Shown: positions 18,703 to 29,148, numbered from the stretch's first letter. The stretch: 64,000 bases of DNA from Desulfosudaceae bacterium (GCA_963674745.2 CAXXDV010000003.1:736001-800000), one strand, 5' to 3'. The notes: generated by a model from the letters alone, not told the origin. Made by a program: numbers and translations.

Positions 18703-21471
18703 ATGTCCCCGACTTTACAACCCCAATCAGAAGAGTCCGCCCGACTGGAAGTGAACCTGGCGTTCGCAGCCCTTGAAAAAGGGGATCGGGAGGCGGCCCG
18801 GAGCCATTTCCACACAGCGGTGACAAGGCTTATCGACACGGGCCATTCAGAATCCAGCAGCCTGCTGATAACCGCTACGCTGGAGCTTTCCAAATTAAAT
18901 TTTATCGGCGGCAAAGGGTTCATCGAAGCCATTCCCTTTCTTCAGGCCAGCCTGAAAACCGCCCAATTTCTGGGTGACCTTCGTTCCATGGCCATGATCA
19001 AACTTCATCTGGGCCGACACTATTTTTTTGCCGGCAAACGGAAGAAAGCCACCGCTTTTTTCCAGGAGGGGAAGGATGAAGTAGAAGGCCTGGGCGATGA
19101 CGATATCCGGGACAGTGCGGCAGAGCTTATCGGCTTTTATTATTATCTTCAGGGACGGTTTGCCGAAGCCCTCGCCTATTTTGAAGTGGCCGTGGAACGA
19201 TTGGAAACGACCCGGGGCGTCCTGGTCCCCAGCCTTTCTGCTCCGGTATGGCTTGGATATTGTGCCGCTTACCTGGGGCAGTTTAATCGCGCCATCGGGA
19301 CCCTGGATTATTACCGTCGCATTCTGCGTGAGCGGGGAGATCGGACCCTGGCTGCCGTGACGCAGGCCCTGCTGGGTATCATCCTGCTGGAAATCAGAAA
19401 AAACAGTGAAGCTGTGACGCACCTTAAAGGCGCTATAGACGAGGCGGAAAAGACCGGAAATGTCATGGCGCTGTATTTCGCCACGGGCGGCATGGCCCTG
19501 TACTATTTTATCGACGGGAACATGGAGGCCTGTCGCCGTTGTGCCGCCGATACCCTTCAGATCGGTCAGGACGCCGGTATGTTCAGGCAATATATTACAC
19601 CGAATTTTCTGGAAATCGGATCCGCCTTTATCCGGGCGGGTGAATCCTTCCTGCCCGGTAAAGACGACCTTATCGAAATCGACCGTATCTTAAACGGTCC
19701 GAATGTTCATTTAAAAGGTGTTTTGCTGCGTCTGGTGGCGGAATATCGACTGTCGCTTGACGACAGCTTTGATCCGGAAAAAGATTTTCTGGCCAGCAAG
19801 CAGTACCTGAAAGAATCAGGCGATCCGATTCAACTGGCCAAAACCCGTTTTGCTTTGACGCGCAGTTATCTCAAGCAGGAAGACTTCATCAATGCCCGGG
19901 TTGAGGCCAGAAAAGCATGGAAAGAACTGGCCGGCTACGAAGAAACTTTTTTCCCCAAAGACCTTCTTTATCTGCTGGCAACGGAACCGGGCGTGGAACC
20001 GGCGCTGGAAACAAAAGAGGAGGTTCTGCTCCGGTTTATCGATATTATTACCGAGCTCATGCCGGTGCCGTCTCCTCACCGGCTGCTGACCCGGCTGGTT
20101 CAATCCACCAACCGGTTTTTCGGTGCGGAGCGGGGCGCGCTTTTCTGGTTTTCCGACACAACGAAAAAACCGCCCATGGTTCGGGCCGCCTGCAACCTGA
20201 CCGAAACAGACGCTTTTTCCGAGGGGTTCCGATCCAATCTGGCGCTGATCTTTGATGCTTACCGTGAGAACCGGCCGATATTGATACATGGCGCCCATAA
20301 GTCTCAGGAGCCTTACAAGGAAAAGGCGATACTCTGCCTTCCTTTTCAGATTCAAGACCGTACCAGGGGCGTCCTGTACCACGATAACGCCTATGTGACC
20401 GATCGTTTCAGCTCTCTTGACCAGATTCAGTTGCGCCGGTTGATCTACGCGCTCAGCAGCTATATTGAGCATGTCTGCGGTCTTTCCCGGGGGGTTGAAA
20501 AGTTTTCTTCAGAAACGACCGTGTCCAGGGGAACGGCCAGGGCCGCGGATATTATAGGTGAAAGCGATAAAATCAAGGCCATTCTGTCCAAGATTGCTCA
20601 GGTGGCCCCGGTTGACAGCAATATATTGATTCTGGGAGAAACCGGTGTCGGTAAAGAGCTGATCGCCCGTCGAATTCACGAGAAGAGCAATCGGCGTGAA
20701 GGCCCCATGGTCGTGGTGGATCCCACTGCCATTCCTGAAAGCCTGGTAGAGAGTGAACTGTTCGGTCATGAAAAAGGCGCTTTTACCGGCGCCGATTCCC
20801 GGAAAAAAGGGCTTCTGGAACTTGCCCATAAAGGCACCCTGTTCATTGATGAGGTGGGTGATATCCCCAAACAGGTTCAGGTTAAGCTGCTTCGGGTGCT
20901 CCAGGAAAAAACAACCATGCGTGTGGGCGGCATCAAATCCATTTTGACCGATTTCCGCCTGGTGTGCGCCACCAATCGCGACCTGGCCGAAGAGGTGGCG
21001 GCCGGCCGGTTTCGTGAAGACCTTTATTATCGATTGAATGTCATTCCCGTCAAGGTACCGGCTTTGCGGGAACGTAAAGAAGACATCATTCCCCTGGCCG
21101 TCTATTTTTTAAAACGCTATGCCATCCGCCACAACCGGCCTGTTCCCACCATGAGCCCCGAAGTAGAAACAAAACTGCTTACCTATCACTGGCCGGGAAA
21201 CGTTCGGGAACTGGAAAACATGATCGAACGCGGTATGCTGCTGTCCAAAGGTGAGGTGCTCGAACTGGACTTGCCCAGCAGCGACTCGCACCACACGGCC
21301 GACCCTTTTTTTGATCTGCCCACCCTGGACGAGGTGCAGCGACGCTACATTCAACATGTTCTGGAAAAGACCGGCGGCAGGGTCGGTGGGCCGGGCGGAT
21401 CGGCGGAAATTCTTGGCTTAAAACGTACTACCCTGTACAGTAAAATGAAGCGGCTTGATATCCGGTCATAA
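18703..21471 (+). CDS. Sigma-54-dependent transcriptional activator with TPR-like and GAF regions
   Basis: GETGVGKE, ESELFGHEKGAFTGA, LFIDE, FREDLYYRLNV, WPGNVRELEN, Fis-type HTH; GAF-like LCLP...GVLY.DN. Confidence 0.9.
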   Translation: MSPTLQPQSEESARLEVNLAFAALEKGDREAARSHFHTAVTRLIDTGHSESSSLLITATLELSKLNFIGGKGFIEAIPFLQASLKTAQFLGDLRSMAMIKLHLGRHYFFAGKRKKATAFFQEGKDEVEGLGDDDIRDSAAELIGFYYYLQGRFAEALAYFEVAVERLETTRGVLVPSLSAPVWLGYCAAYLGQFNRAIGTLDYYRRILRERGDRTLAAVTQALLGIILLEIRKNSEAVTHLKGAIDEAEKTGNVMALYFATGGMALYYFIDGNMEACRRCAADTLQIGQDAGMFRQYITPNFLEIGSAFIRAGESFLPGKDDLIEIDRILNGPNVHLKGVLLRLVAEYRLSLDDSFDPEKDFLASKQYLKESGDPIQLAKTRFALTRSYLKQEDFINARVEARKAWKELAGYEETFFPKDLLYLLATEPGVEPALETKEEVLLRFIDIITELMPVPSPHRLLTRLVQSTNRFFGAERGALFWFSDTTKKPPMVRAACNLTETDAFSEGFRSNLALIFDAYRENRPILIHGAHKSQEPYKEKAILCLPFQIQDRTRGVLYHDNAYVTDRFSSLDQIQLRRLIYALSSYIEHVCGLSRGVEKFSSETTVSRGTARAADIIGESDKIKAILSKIAQVAPVDSNILILGETGVGKELIARRIHEKSNRREGPMVVVDPTAIPESLVESELFGHEKGAFTGADSRKKGLLELAHKGTLFIDEVGDIPKQVQVKLLRVLQEKTTMRVGGIKSILTDFRLVCATNRDLAEEVAAGRFREDLYYRLNVIPVKVPALRERKEDIIPLAVYFLKRYAIRHNRPVPTMSPEVETKLLTYHWPGNVRELENMIERGMLLSKGEVLELDLPSSDSHHTADPFFDLPTLDEVQRRYIQHVLEKTGGRVGGPGGSAEILGLKRTTLYSKMKRLDIRS

Positions 21472-21582
21472 TTTCATAAACCGTTATGTTTTTTTGAGGC
21501 CCCGGTTTTTGTTTCTGTCAATGCCTTACGGTAACATACGTGACTCAGCTAATGGATAAAGTTGTGTCCATACAGGGGGCTG

Positions 21583-22317
21583 TCATCCCTGATGCCGGTC
21601 TCCAACTAACCACCGGGTCGCATTGCGGATGAATTCTTCCTGATGATGGACGGCCGTGATGCGATGATCGCCGCCTTCCTGGCGCAGCAGCCGTTTGGGG
21701 TGTTCGCAGGCGGCGTAAAGCCGATCCGCATTTTCATACGGTACCACCTGGTCGTTGTCACCGTGAACGATGAGAATATCTTTTAATCCTTTGACTTGTT
21801 TGCTGATATCAAAACGAAGGGAATGATCGAAAAATTCAGGGGGGATTTTTCCCAGCATCGGGTCCTGTGACTGCCGGATCGATTGTATCACCGGGCCGCT
21901 TTTCAGCGGTGCGGCCACCGTCACCAGCCGGACGGGTGGAAACTGCGCGGCTGAAGCCAGGACTACCGTACCGCCCATGCTGCTGCCGAAAAGGCCGGTC
22001 AAATGTCCTGTTTCAGGCCTGGCCTGCAATGTGGTCACGGCATCGACCAGGTCCCGGCATCTCGCCGGCAATGACGTGACCTTGACAAAATCACCGGCAC
22101 TCTCTCCGCAACCGCGATGATCAAACCGGAAATAGGCCACCCCGGCCCGGCAGCAGGCTTCGGCCAGGGCGATTTGTTTAGGGGATTCCTTGTCGGCAAA
22201 TAACCCGTGGCATCCGACCACAAACGGCACGGGCGTGGTGTCCGGCAGGTGGAGAACACCTTTTAATGTCAGGCCATCTGAGGTAAAGGCAAGGGGTATT
22301 GTTTCAAATAAGGCCAT
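21583..22317 (-). CDS. Alpha/beta hydrolase
   Basis: HG, RFDHRGCGESAG, GSSMGG nucleophile, HGDNDQVV, GGDH. Confidence 0.85.
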   Translation of the reverse strand: MALFETIPLAFTSDGLTLKGVLHLPDTTPVPFVVGCHGLFADKESPKQIALAEACCRAGVAYFRFDHRGCGESAGDFVKVTSLPARCRDLVDAVTTLQARPETGHLTGLFGSSMGGTVVLASAAQFPPVRLVTVAAPLKSGPVIQSIRQSQDPMLGKIPPEFFDHSLRFDISKQVKGLKDILIVHGDNDQVVPYENADRLYAACEHPKRLLRQEGGDHRITAVHHQEEFIRNATRWLVGDRHQG

Positions 22318-22319
22318 AA

Positions 22320-24602
22320 TTAGTCTTTTTGTTTCCCCGTCATTTTAGATCTGTAATGTTTCAACCGGCTCTGAAAATAGTCTGTAGCCGTATCCTGGCC
22401 GGCATCGGTGGTGATGCGCAACCCTTTTCGGGCAAGGGCCGTGGCCCTTGGAAAGTCTCCCGCAGCCGCGTATGCATCGGCCAGCGTGCCGATATATAAA
22501 GGCTGCTGGTAGTCCGTCAGTCGGCAGGCTTTTGCGGCTGATATAATCGCTTCGGTTGCATACCGGGGGTTTTGATCCCGGGCAGTGATTAAAAGCCGGG
22601 CCAGATAGTCAAGAACCCGGGGCAATCGGGGATGGTATTCCAACAGCTGCCGCAATTCGCTGATGGCCTCTTCCTTTCTGCCACTGTCGGCCAGGGCAAC
22701 CGCCAGGTTAAAACGCGGCTGCTGTTCATAAGGACGAAGCCGGATAGCCTCATGGAAACGGTTGGTCGCCTGTTCAATATCACCCCGTTCCGCCAGGGCC
22801 ACGGCCAGGGAATTGTAAGCTTCGAAAAAATCATCATCGATTTGCACCGCGGCGTTCAAATGGTTGATGGCATCTTCCAGTTTTCCCCGGGAAAATAAAA
22901 TGTTGCCGAGGTTATAGTGCGCCTCGGGGTAACGCGGGTTCAACGCTATCGCCCTGGAATAATGTTCGAGGGCCCGGTCGGTTTCATTGATGCCGGCCAG
23001 GGCCGAGGCCAGGTTGTTGTGGACTTCGGCGGCACTGTCGTCTTGTTCCAGAGCGATATTAAAATGTTTGATCGCTTCTTGATAACGCCCCTTGCGGGTT
23101 AATGCCATCCCCAGGTTGCCGTGTGCTGAAGGGAAGTTAAATTTTAATGCCAGGGCGTAGTCCAGGTGCACGATCGCCTGATCCGTCCGACCGCGCCTTA
23201 ACGCTTCTTCTCCCGTGTCGGCGTATAATTCAGCCTCGTAGTTGATCTCTTCTTCGGGAAACGGGCCCGGCAGCGTCGAAACCAGAACCACGACGGCCAT
23301 GACGGTACCCGTGATCCAAAAAAGTCTGGGATTTGATGCACCTATCAACTCTTTTAATCTCAACAGCCCTGCGGTCGCGACAACAGACATAACCGGGATA
23401 AGGGGGATCCGATAACGGGCGGTGACAAAAATCAGTATCAACAGAAGCGGATTTAAAAATAGATATATTTTCAGCAACACGGGAATGCGTTGCCAGCAGA
23501 GGATCAACCCTGCCAGCGTCAGGGGCAGCAGCACGCCGAAAGGAAAACCGAAGCCGTTCACTTTCCAGGTCAGCTGTCCAAGCAGCCATGACCATTGGCG
23601 GAAGAGGTAGATATCCACGTTTCTCGGTATCTCTCGCGAGTTGAAAAGCCGGACGGTTTTACCGGCCAGTCCCCGCATAAAGAGGACCGGTTGTGATCGC
23701 ACAAAATCTTTAAAACGCTTGAAATAATACTCCTGCCGGGTCCACATGTCGCCGGAACCCCCGTTTTGACCGGCCAGGTTGGTTATTTTCCGCCAGTCCC
23801 GTCCGGGACGGGCGGTCAATGTTCCGGTGGCATCCGGGTTGTTGCCGATATACAGGTTGATTCCGCCGCCGGCGGATACGATTCCGTAGTGACCGGTTAT
23901 TTTTTTGTTTTTTTCAGCCACGGGCAGGGCGATCAGGCAGAAACCGGCCAGGATAAGGAACAGTTTGAGTATCGGATGATTGACCGGGTTTTCCCGTTGA
24001 AAAAAACGTATTATCAGCCAGATCGTCCCGGCCATAAAGAACGGAAGAAAAACAGGCCGGGTTAAAATGCTTAAAGCGCCGCAAACACCCAGAACCATAC
24101 ATACCCACCATTTTCCCCTGTCGGCCGCGTCCAGGAACAGCAGCATAAGAGCCAGAGACCAGAATACGGCCCAGCCGCAGGCCAGCAGTTCCTGTTCAAA
24201 AAAAATCAACGGGCCATAGGCCGCCACCATAATGCCGCTGATGATGCCGACGGCAGGCTTGAAAATATTTCTTCCCAGCCGGTATGTCAGCAGGCAGCAG
24301 AAACTGCCCAATATTGCCTGGACCAGTTTGGCCAGAAGGATTGAGTTGTTGCTGATCGCATAGACCAGGGCCAGGAAGGCCGGGTAAAAGGGGGGTTGCC
24401 AGAAGAAATTATGATAATAGTTTACGCCTTTACCGGCTGCCATCATGCGGGCGGTGATGTCATAGACACCCGCATCGACAACCGGTGTTGTAAAGGTCGG
24501 GCCGGATGTGCTCTGATAGAGGTAAATCAGACGTAACATCAGAGCCAGTAGAAAAATTCCGGCCTGAATACCCAACTCTTTCTTAAAAGACACGCCCTTC
24601 AA
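22320..24602 (-). CDS. GT39/PMT-like GT-C membrane glycosyltransferase with TPR tail
   Basis: VDAGVYD loop, PPFYP.FLA, NLYIGNNP, ARYRIP motifs; multiple TM helices; C-terminal TPRs. Confidence 0.78.
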   Translation of the reverse strand: MKGVSFKKELGIQAGIFLLALMLRLIYLYQSTSGPTFTTPVVDAGVYDITARMMAAGKGVNYYHNFFWQPPFYPAFLALVYAISNNSILLAKLVQAILGSFCCLLTYRLGRNIFKPAVGIISGIMVAAYGPLIFFEQELLACGWAVFWSLALMLLFLDAADRGKWWVCMVLGVCGALSILTRPVFLPFFMAGTIWLIIRFFQRENPVNHPILKLFLILAGFCLIALPVAEKNKKITGHYGIVSAGGGINLYIGNNPDATGTLTARPGRDWRKITNLAGQNGGSGDMWTRQEYYFKRFKDFVRSQPVLFMRGLAGKTVRLFNSREIPRNVDIYLFRQWSWLLGQLTWKVNGFGFPFGVLLPLTLAGLILCWQRIPVLLKIYLFLNPLLLILIFVTARYRIPLIPVMSVVATAGLLRLKELIGASNPRLFWITGTVMAVVVLVSTLPGPFPEEEINYEAELYADTGEEALRRGRTDQAIVHLDYALALKFNFPSAHGNLGMALTRKGRYQEAIKHFNIALEQDDSAAEVHNNLASALAGINETDRALEHYSRAIALNPRYPEAHYNLGNILFSRGKLEDAINHLNAAVQIDDDFFEAYNSLAVALAERGDIEQATNRFHEAIRLRPYEQQPRFNLAVALADSGRKEEAISELRQLLEYHPRLPRVLDYLARLLITARDQNPRYATEAIISAAKACRLTDYQQPLYIGTLADAYAAAGDFPRATALARKGLRITTDAGQDTATDYFQSRLKHYRSKMTGKQKD

Positions 24603-24758
24603 CGTTGAAACATTCTCCTTTTACGGTCATATACATTATGAAAACGGGTTTATCATAGCACTTCATGTTTTGAAAACTCAATTACGGTTGCTTCACCGTC
24701 AAATATGTTTATATTATAAAAAGTATATATATAACCACTTTCAACCGGTGATTTTTTC

Positions 24759-25805
24759 ATGTACCTGGCCAGAAAGAAAATCGGGCACAGGATTCATTTT
24801 TTCCTGCGACAGAGCGTTTCAGACGGACAAACCATACGCAGCCGTGAGTTGTTTGATCTTGGCTGTCATCCCGAAGTCTATATTATTTATCCGGATAACG
24901 GTAATAACTTTTATTTTGATGACGGGTTGTGCGCGGCCATCAAAGCCAGGGGAGTGGAGCCGGATAACGACCTTCTGGAAACGGTCTTCTGGCCCTTTTT
25001 CACCCCTGAAACCCGTCGCCTGCTCGAAGGGGTCTCCCGCACACCGGCCGGGCGGGCAGGGCGTCTGGCAGAGGCGCGTAAAAGAAGCGAAGTCGAGGCG
25101 TTTCATATGTTTGACCGGCGGCGCATGCATTTTCTGCGTTTTGGTGAAATTGATCAATCCGGACTGGCCAGAGTACCCAAAAAAATCTTTCGTAAATTGC
25201 TGGATAAGTCCCGGGATGAAATCGAACAGCAGTTCATGACCATGGAACAAGTGCTGCAGCCGCACGAAAAAAAGAACTACGTCTTTGCAGTTTTCAATAT
25301 CGCCGGCCATTTTCAAAGTGAAATTGCCAGAAAGTTTCCCATGGCGCTGTCCGAGGAAAAGGTGGATGATTGTTTTATGGCGGAACTCTGCCGACTGAAC
25401 GCCGATGCCGCTTTCTGGGTGGATCTGCCCATGAGCGACTTTCTCCACGAATATCTGGTCCGCTATGCCTGCTGGTTCTATGATACGGCCTTTGCCGGGG
25501 ACGGCTACCTGGATGACCTGGTCTGGCAGTTCAAAAGCCGTCACCACGGGTTCCGGCCGCCGCCGCCCCGCAGCCATATGCCTGAAGAAGAGGCCCTGGC
25601 GGTACTGGGAATTGATCCTTCTGAACTCAACGGCATGACAATAAAAAATCTGACCCGCCATTACCGGCGCATGGCCAAACAGCATCATCCTGACCGGGGG
25701 GGCGGGCATGACGCTTTTATCCGCCTAAATCAGGCTTTTGAAGATGTGTTGCGTCGTATCAAAACAGGCAATAAGCCGCCGCGTTATCGTACCCGCCGGG
25801 GTTGA
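24759..25805 (+). CDS. Protein with C-terminal J domain
   Basis: EALAVLG...YRRMAKQHHPDRGG..FIRLNQAF (HPD motif); N-terminal region unrecognised. Confidence 0.75.
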   Translation: MYLARKKIGHRIHFFLRQSVSDGQTIRSRELFDLGCHPEVYIIYPDNGNNFYFDDGLCAAIKARGVEPDNDLLETVFWPFFTPETRRLLEGVSRTPAGRAGRLAEARKRSEVEAFHMFDRRRMHFLRFGEIDQSGLARVPKKIFRKLLDKSRDEIEQQFMTMEQVLQPHEKKNYVFAVFNIAGHFQSEIARKFPMALSEEKVDDCFMAELCRLNADAAFWVDLPMSDFLHEYLVRYACWFYDTAFAGDGYLDDLVWQFKSRHHGFRPPPPRSHMPEEEALAVLGIDPSELNGMTIKNLTRHYRRMAKQHHPDRGGGHDAFIRLNQAFEDVLRRIKTGNKPPRYRTRRG

Positions 25806-25933
25806 CAGCGGAAACATCTGGACACATTAAAGCAGTAACTGTAAAATTCGATCAACCTTTGTCTTTTAAACAGAATCAGTGACGTCTGATAACGCATAGC
25901 TGATATAAACGGTCCGTTCCCGGGAACCGGAAA

Positions 25934-27544
25934 ATGAATGACAATGACCGATACAAGAAAAGCGCATTATGGTATATGTCGTTGTCCGTTGTCGTCATGA
26001 CGATGATTGCCCTGATGACCCGGATGCAAGGGCTTAATCCGCCTTCTCTTTTTATCGACGATCTCTGGCAGGGCCTTTTGTCCGGTGCCTCCCTGCCGGA
26101 TCAATTCAGGTTACGTTCTTCAGCCCCCATTGCTTTTACGGCGCTTTTGGGAACGGCTTTACGTCTTATACCTGACCCGGAATTGAGCCTGCAGCTGGTT
26201 CCTTTTCTGGCCGGTCTGGCGCTGATCCCGCTTATGGCCTGGGTCGTCTACCGGTTGACCAAAAATCCCCCGGCAGCGGTTCTGGCGGCCGCCATGATCA
26301 CCTTTGCCCCGCAGGTGGCTGAGCTTTCCATCCGCGTCAAACAGTATGCCCTTGACGCGTTGCTGGTGGCTGTCCTTCTACTGCTGGCGATCATTGTCTG
26401 TGAAGAAAAGAAATATTTTACCCTGCTGGTTGTCGCCGCGTTGACGTCCCTTCTTTTTTCATTCAGTTCCGCGGTTGTGTCCGTACTGTTGATCAGCGCC
26501 TTTGCCGTTTCCCATTGGCGGGGCCTTCTGAAGAAGGCGAAAAACCGGTGGATACTTGTCAACCTGGCTGTGTTTTTTATCTGTACCGGTCTATATTACG
26601 GTTTTGTCTTAAGCGGGCAGAAAAATCTGGGTCTGGAAGTGTTCTGGCGGGGCTGTTTTCCTGATTCGTTTCAGGGCTTTTTTTCCGGACTGACGGCCCT
26701 TTTTAAAGCGCTTGTACCGAAACCTGAAAATCTGTCTTCACAATGGGTCGAGCCTTTTCGTCAGGCGCTGTCTTTTGTTTATATCGGTCTTGCCGCTTTC
26801 GGGGCGTTAATGATTGTTCGCAAGCCTGCTTACCGGTGGCTGGGCATCTGTCTTGTGTGCCTGTACCCGGTGCTGTGCATGATGGCTTTTCTGCACTTAT
26901 ATCCGCTGGGGGGTGGGCGGACGGATCTGTTCACCTATCCGGTAACCATTTTATTAATATCGTCTGGCCTGGCCGGGCTGTTTGAGAGTCTGAAAAGAAA
27001 AATATGGCGGATGGATCGAATGCTCATCGTTTGCGCTGTTTTCGTCCTGCCATTCTGCATACCATCGATTCTGGGCCCCAAAATTTATTATCGGACCGGT
27101 GGTAAATTACCTGAGATGGTTTCTAGCGCGCAGGCTGCCATGCGCCCTGATGACGGCCTCATTGTTTATCCCCATTGCGCTTTCTGCTTTGCTTATTACA
27201 GTAACTGGCCTGTATTTCTTGAACCCTGTGACTATTACGCTGCCGGTTTTAACCCGGTGATCAAGCAGGGCAATGTGCATGTTCTTCCCGGGGAGATTGG
27301 ATATACCGATCATCCGGAAATTCTTGTCCCGGAACTACAGGCGATAATAGACCGCGGTTATCCCGGTCTGGTTTTTTTTACCATGGCTGTGCCCGCCAGT
27401 GATCATTTCAATCGTTATGTCAACAATCACTTGAAAAGTTGCGGATATTTTCCGATCGGAAAAATTCAAGACCGGGCCATTGCTGCAATAATAATTTACC
27501 GCGCTGATATGGACGGACCGTCCCGGGAACCGGAAAATGAGTGA
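25934..27544 (+). CDS. GT-C (ArnT/PMT_2-like) membrane glycosyltransferase, copy A
   Basis: SLFIDD loop, VKQY..D, YPLGG.R motifs; more than 10 hydrophobic helices; soluble C-terminal domain. Confidence 0.72.
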   Translation: MNDNDRYKKSALWYMSLSVVVMTMIALMTRMQGLNPPSLFIDDLWQGLLSGASLPDQFRLRSSAPIAFTALLGTALRLIPDPELSLQLVPFLAGLALIPLMAWVVYRLTKNPPAAVLAAAMITFAPQVAELSIRVKQYALDALLVAVLLLLAIIVCEEKKYFTLLVVAALTSLLFSFSSAVVSVLLISAFAVSHWRGLLKKAKNRWILVNLAVFFICTGLYYGFVLSGQKNLGLEVFWRGCFPDSFQGFFSGLTALFKALVPKPENLSSQWVEPFRQALSFVYIGLAAFGALMIVRKPAYRWLGICLVCLYPVLCMMAFLHLYPLGGGRTDLFTYPVTILLISSGLAGLFESLKRKIWRMDRMLIVCAVFVLPFCIPSILGPKIYYRTGGKLPEMVSSAQAAMRPDDGLIVYPHCAFCFAYYSNWPVFLEPCDYYAAGFNPVIKQGNVHVLPGEIGYTDHPEILVPELQAIIDRGYPGLVFFTMAVPASDHFNRYVNNHLKSCGYFPIGKIQDRAIAAIIIYRADMDGPSREPENE

Positions 27545-28555
27545 CAACGACCGGTACAAGAAAACCGCGATACGGTTTATGCTGTTGTCCGTTGCGGTAA
27601 TGACCGTGATTGCCCTGATGACCCGGATGCAAGGGCTTAATCCGCCTTCTCTTTTTATCGACGATCTCTGGCAGGGCCTTTTGTCCGGTGCCTCCCTGCC
27701 GGATCAATTCAGGTTACGTTCTTCAGCCCCCATTGCTTTTACGGCGCTTTTGGGAACGGCTTTACGTCTTATACCTGACCCGGAATTGAGCCTGCAGCTG
27801 GTTCCTTTTCTGGCCGGTCTGGCGCTGATCCCGCTTATGGCCTGGGTCGTCTACCGGTTGACCAAAAATCCCCCGGCAGCGGTTCTGGCGGCCGCCATGA
27901 TCACCTTTGCCCCGCAGGTGGCTGAGCTTTCCATCCGCGTCAAACAGTATACCCTTGACGCGTTGCTGGTGGCTGTCCTTCTACTGCTGGCGATCATTGT
28001 CTGTGAAGAAAAGAAATATTTTACCCTGCTGGTTGTCGCCGCGTTGACGTCCCTTCTTTTTTCATTCAGTTCCGCGGTTGTGTCCGTACTGTTGATCAGC
28101 GCCTTTGCCGTTTCCCATTGGCGGGGCCTTCTGAAGAAGGCGGAAAACCGGTGGATACTTGTCAACCTGGCTGTATTTTTTGTCAGTACCGGTATATATT
28201 ACGGTTTTGTCTTAAGCGGGCAGAAAAATCTGGGTCTGGAAGTGTTCTGGCGGGGCTGTTTTCCTGATTCGTTTCAGGGCTTTTTTTCCGGACTGACGGC
28301 CCTTTTTAAAGCGCTTGTACCGAAACCTGAAAATCTGTCTTCACAATGGGTCGAGCCTTTTCGTCAGGCGCTGTCTTTTGTTTATATCGGTCTTGCCGCT
28401 TTCGGGGCGTTAATGATTGTTCGCAAGCCTGCTTACCGGTGGCTGGGCATCTGTCTTGTGTGCCTGTACCCGGTGCTGTGCATGATGGCTTTTCTGCACT
28501 TATATCCGCTGGGGGGTGGGCGGACGGATCTGTTCACCTATCCGGTAACCATTTT
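26004..28555 (+). repeat. Near-identical direct repeat 26004-26952 / 27607-28555 (offset 1603)
   Basis: About 950 bp with roughly six mismatches counted by eye; flanking parts homologous but clearly diverged. Confidence 0.95.
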
Positions 28556-29102
28556 GTTGTTGTCATCCTGTCTGGTCCGGTTGTTTGAGAGTATGTCCAA
28601 AAGAAAATGGCGGTCAGACTGGACGACGCTTGTGTGCGGCTTGATTGCGCTGCCTTTTTGTCTGCCCTCGCTACTGGCACCAGGTATCTCTTATCCGACG
28701 GGCGGTAAACTGCCGGAAATGGTTTCCCGGGCCGAAGCGGCATTGCGCGCAGATGACGGTCTTATTATTATTCCCCACTGCTCTTTTTGTTTTGCCTACT
28801 ACTGCGATTGGCCTGTTTCTCTTGAGCCCAGCGACTTTTATGCTGCCGGCTTCAACCCGGTGATCAATCGGGCCAATGTGCATGTTCTGTCCGGTTTCAA
28901 GGACTATGGTGAACGTCCCGGCGTACTTTCCAGTGAAATTAAGGCCATTATAGACCGCGGTTATCGTGGCCTGGTATTTTTTACGATGGATATGCCGGCC
29001 AGTGATTATATCCAAAAATATTTGATTCGTTACGGATATTGTCCCATAGAAACAATTGAAGATCAGGCTATTGTTTCAATAATTGTTTTTCGACGAAAGT
29101 GA
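27537..29102 (+). CDS. GT-C membrane glycosyltransferase, copy B (tandem paralog)
   Basis: Same motifs as copy A; divergent C-terminal third. Confidence 0.72.
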   Translation: MSDNDRYKKTAIRFMLLSVAVMTVIALMTRMQGLNPPSLFIDDLWQGLLSGASLPDQFRLRSSAPIAFTALLGTALRLIPDPELSLQLVPFLAGLALIPLMAWVVYRLTKNPPAAVLAAAMITFAPQVAELSIRVKQYTLDALLVAVLLLLAIIVCEEKKYFTLLVVAALTSLLFSFSSAVVSVLLISAFAVSHWRGLLKKAENRWILVNLAVFFVSTGIYYGFVLSGQKNLGLEVFWRGCFPDSFQGFFSGLTALFKALVPKPENLSSQWVEPFRQALSFVYIGLAAFGALMIVRKPAYRWLGICLVCLYPVLCMMAFLHLYPLGGGRTDLFTYPVTILLLSSCLVRLFESMSKRKWRSDWTTLVCGLIALPFCLPSLLAPGISYPTGGKLPEMVSRAEAALRADDGLIIIPHCSFCFAYYCDWPVSLEPSDFYAAGFNPVINRANVHVLSGFKDYGERPGVLSSEIKAIIDRGYRGLVFFTMDMPASDYIQKYLIRYGYCPIETIEDQAIVSIIVFRRK

Positions 29103-29148
29103 CGGCATTCCCGGTCGGCATGGCCATGGATGTCATACCGTGAATGGT

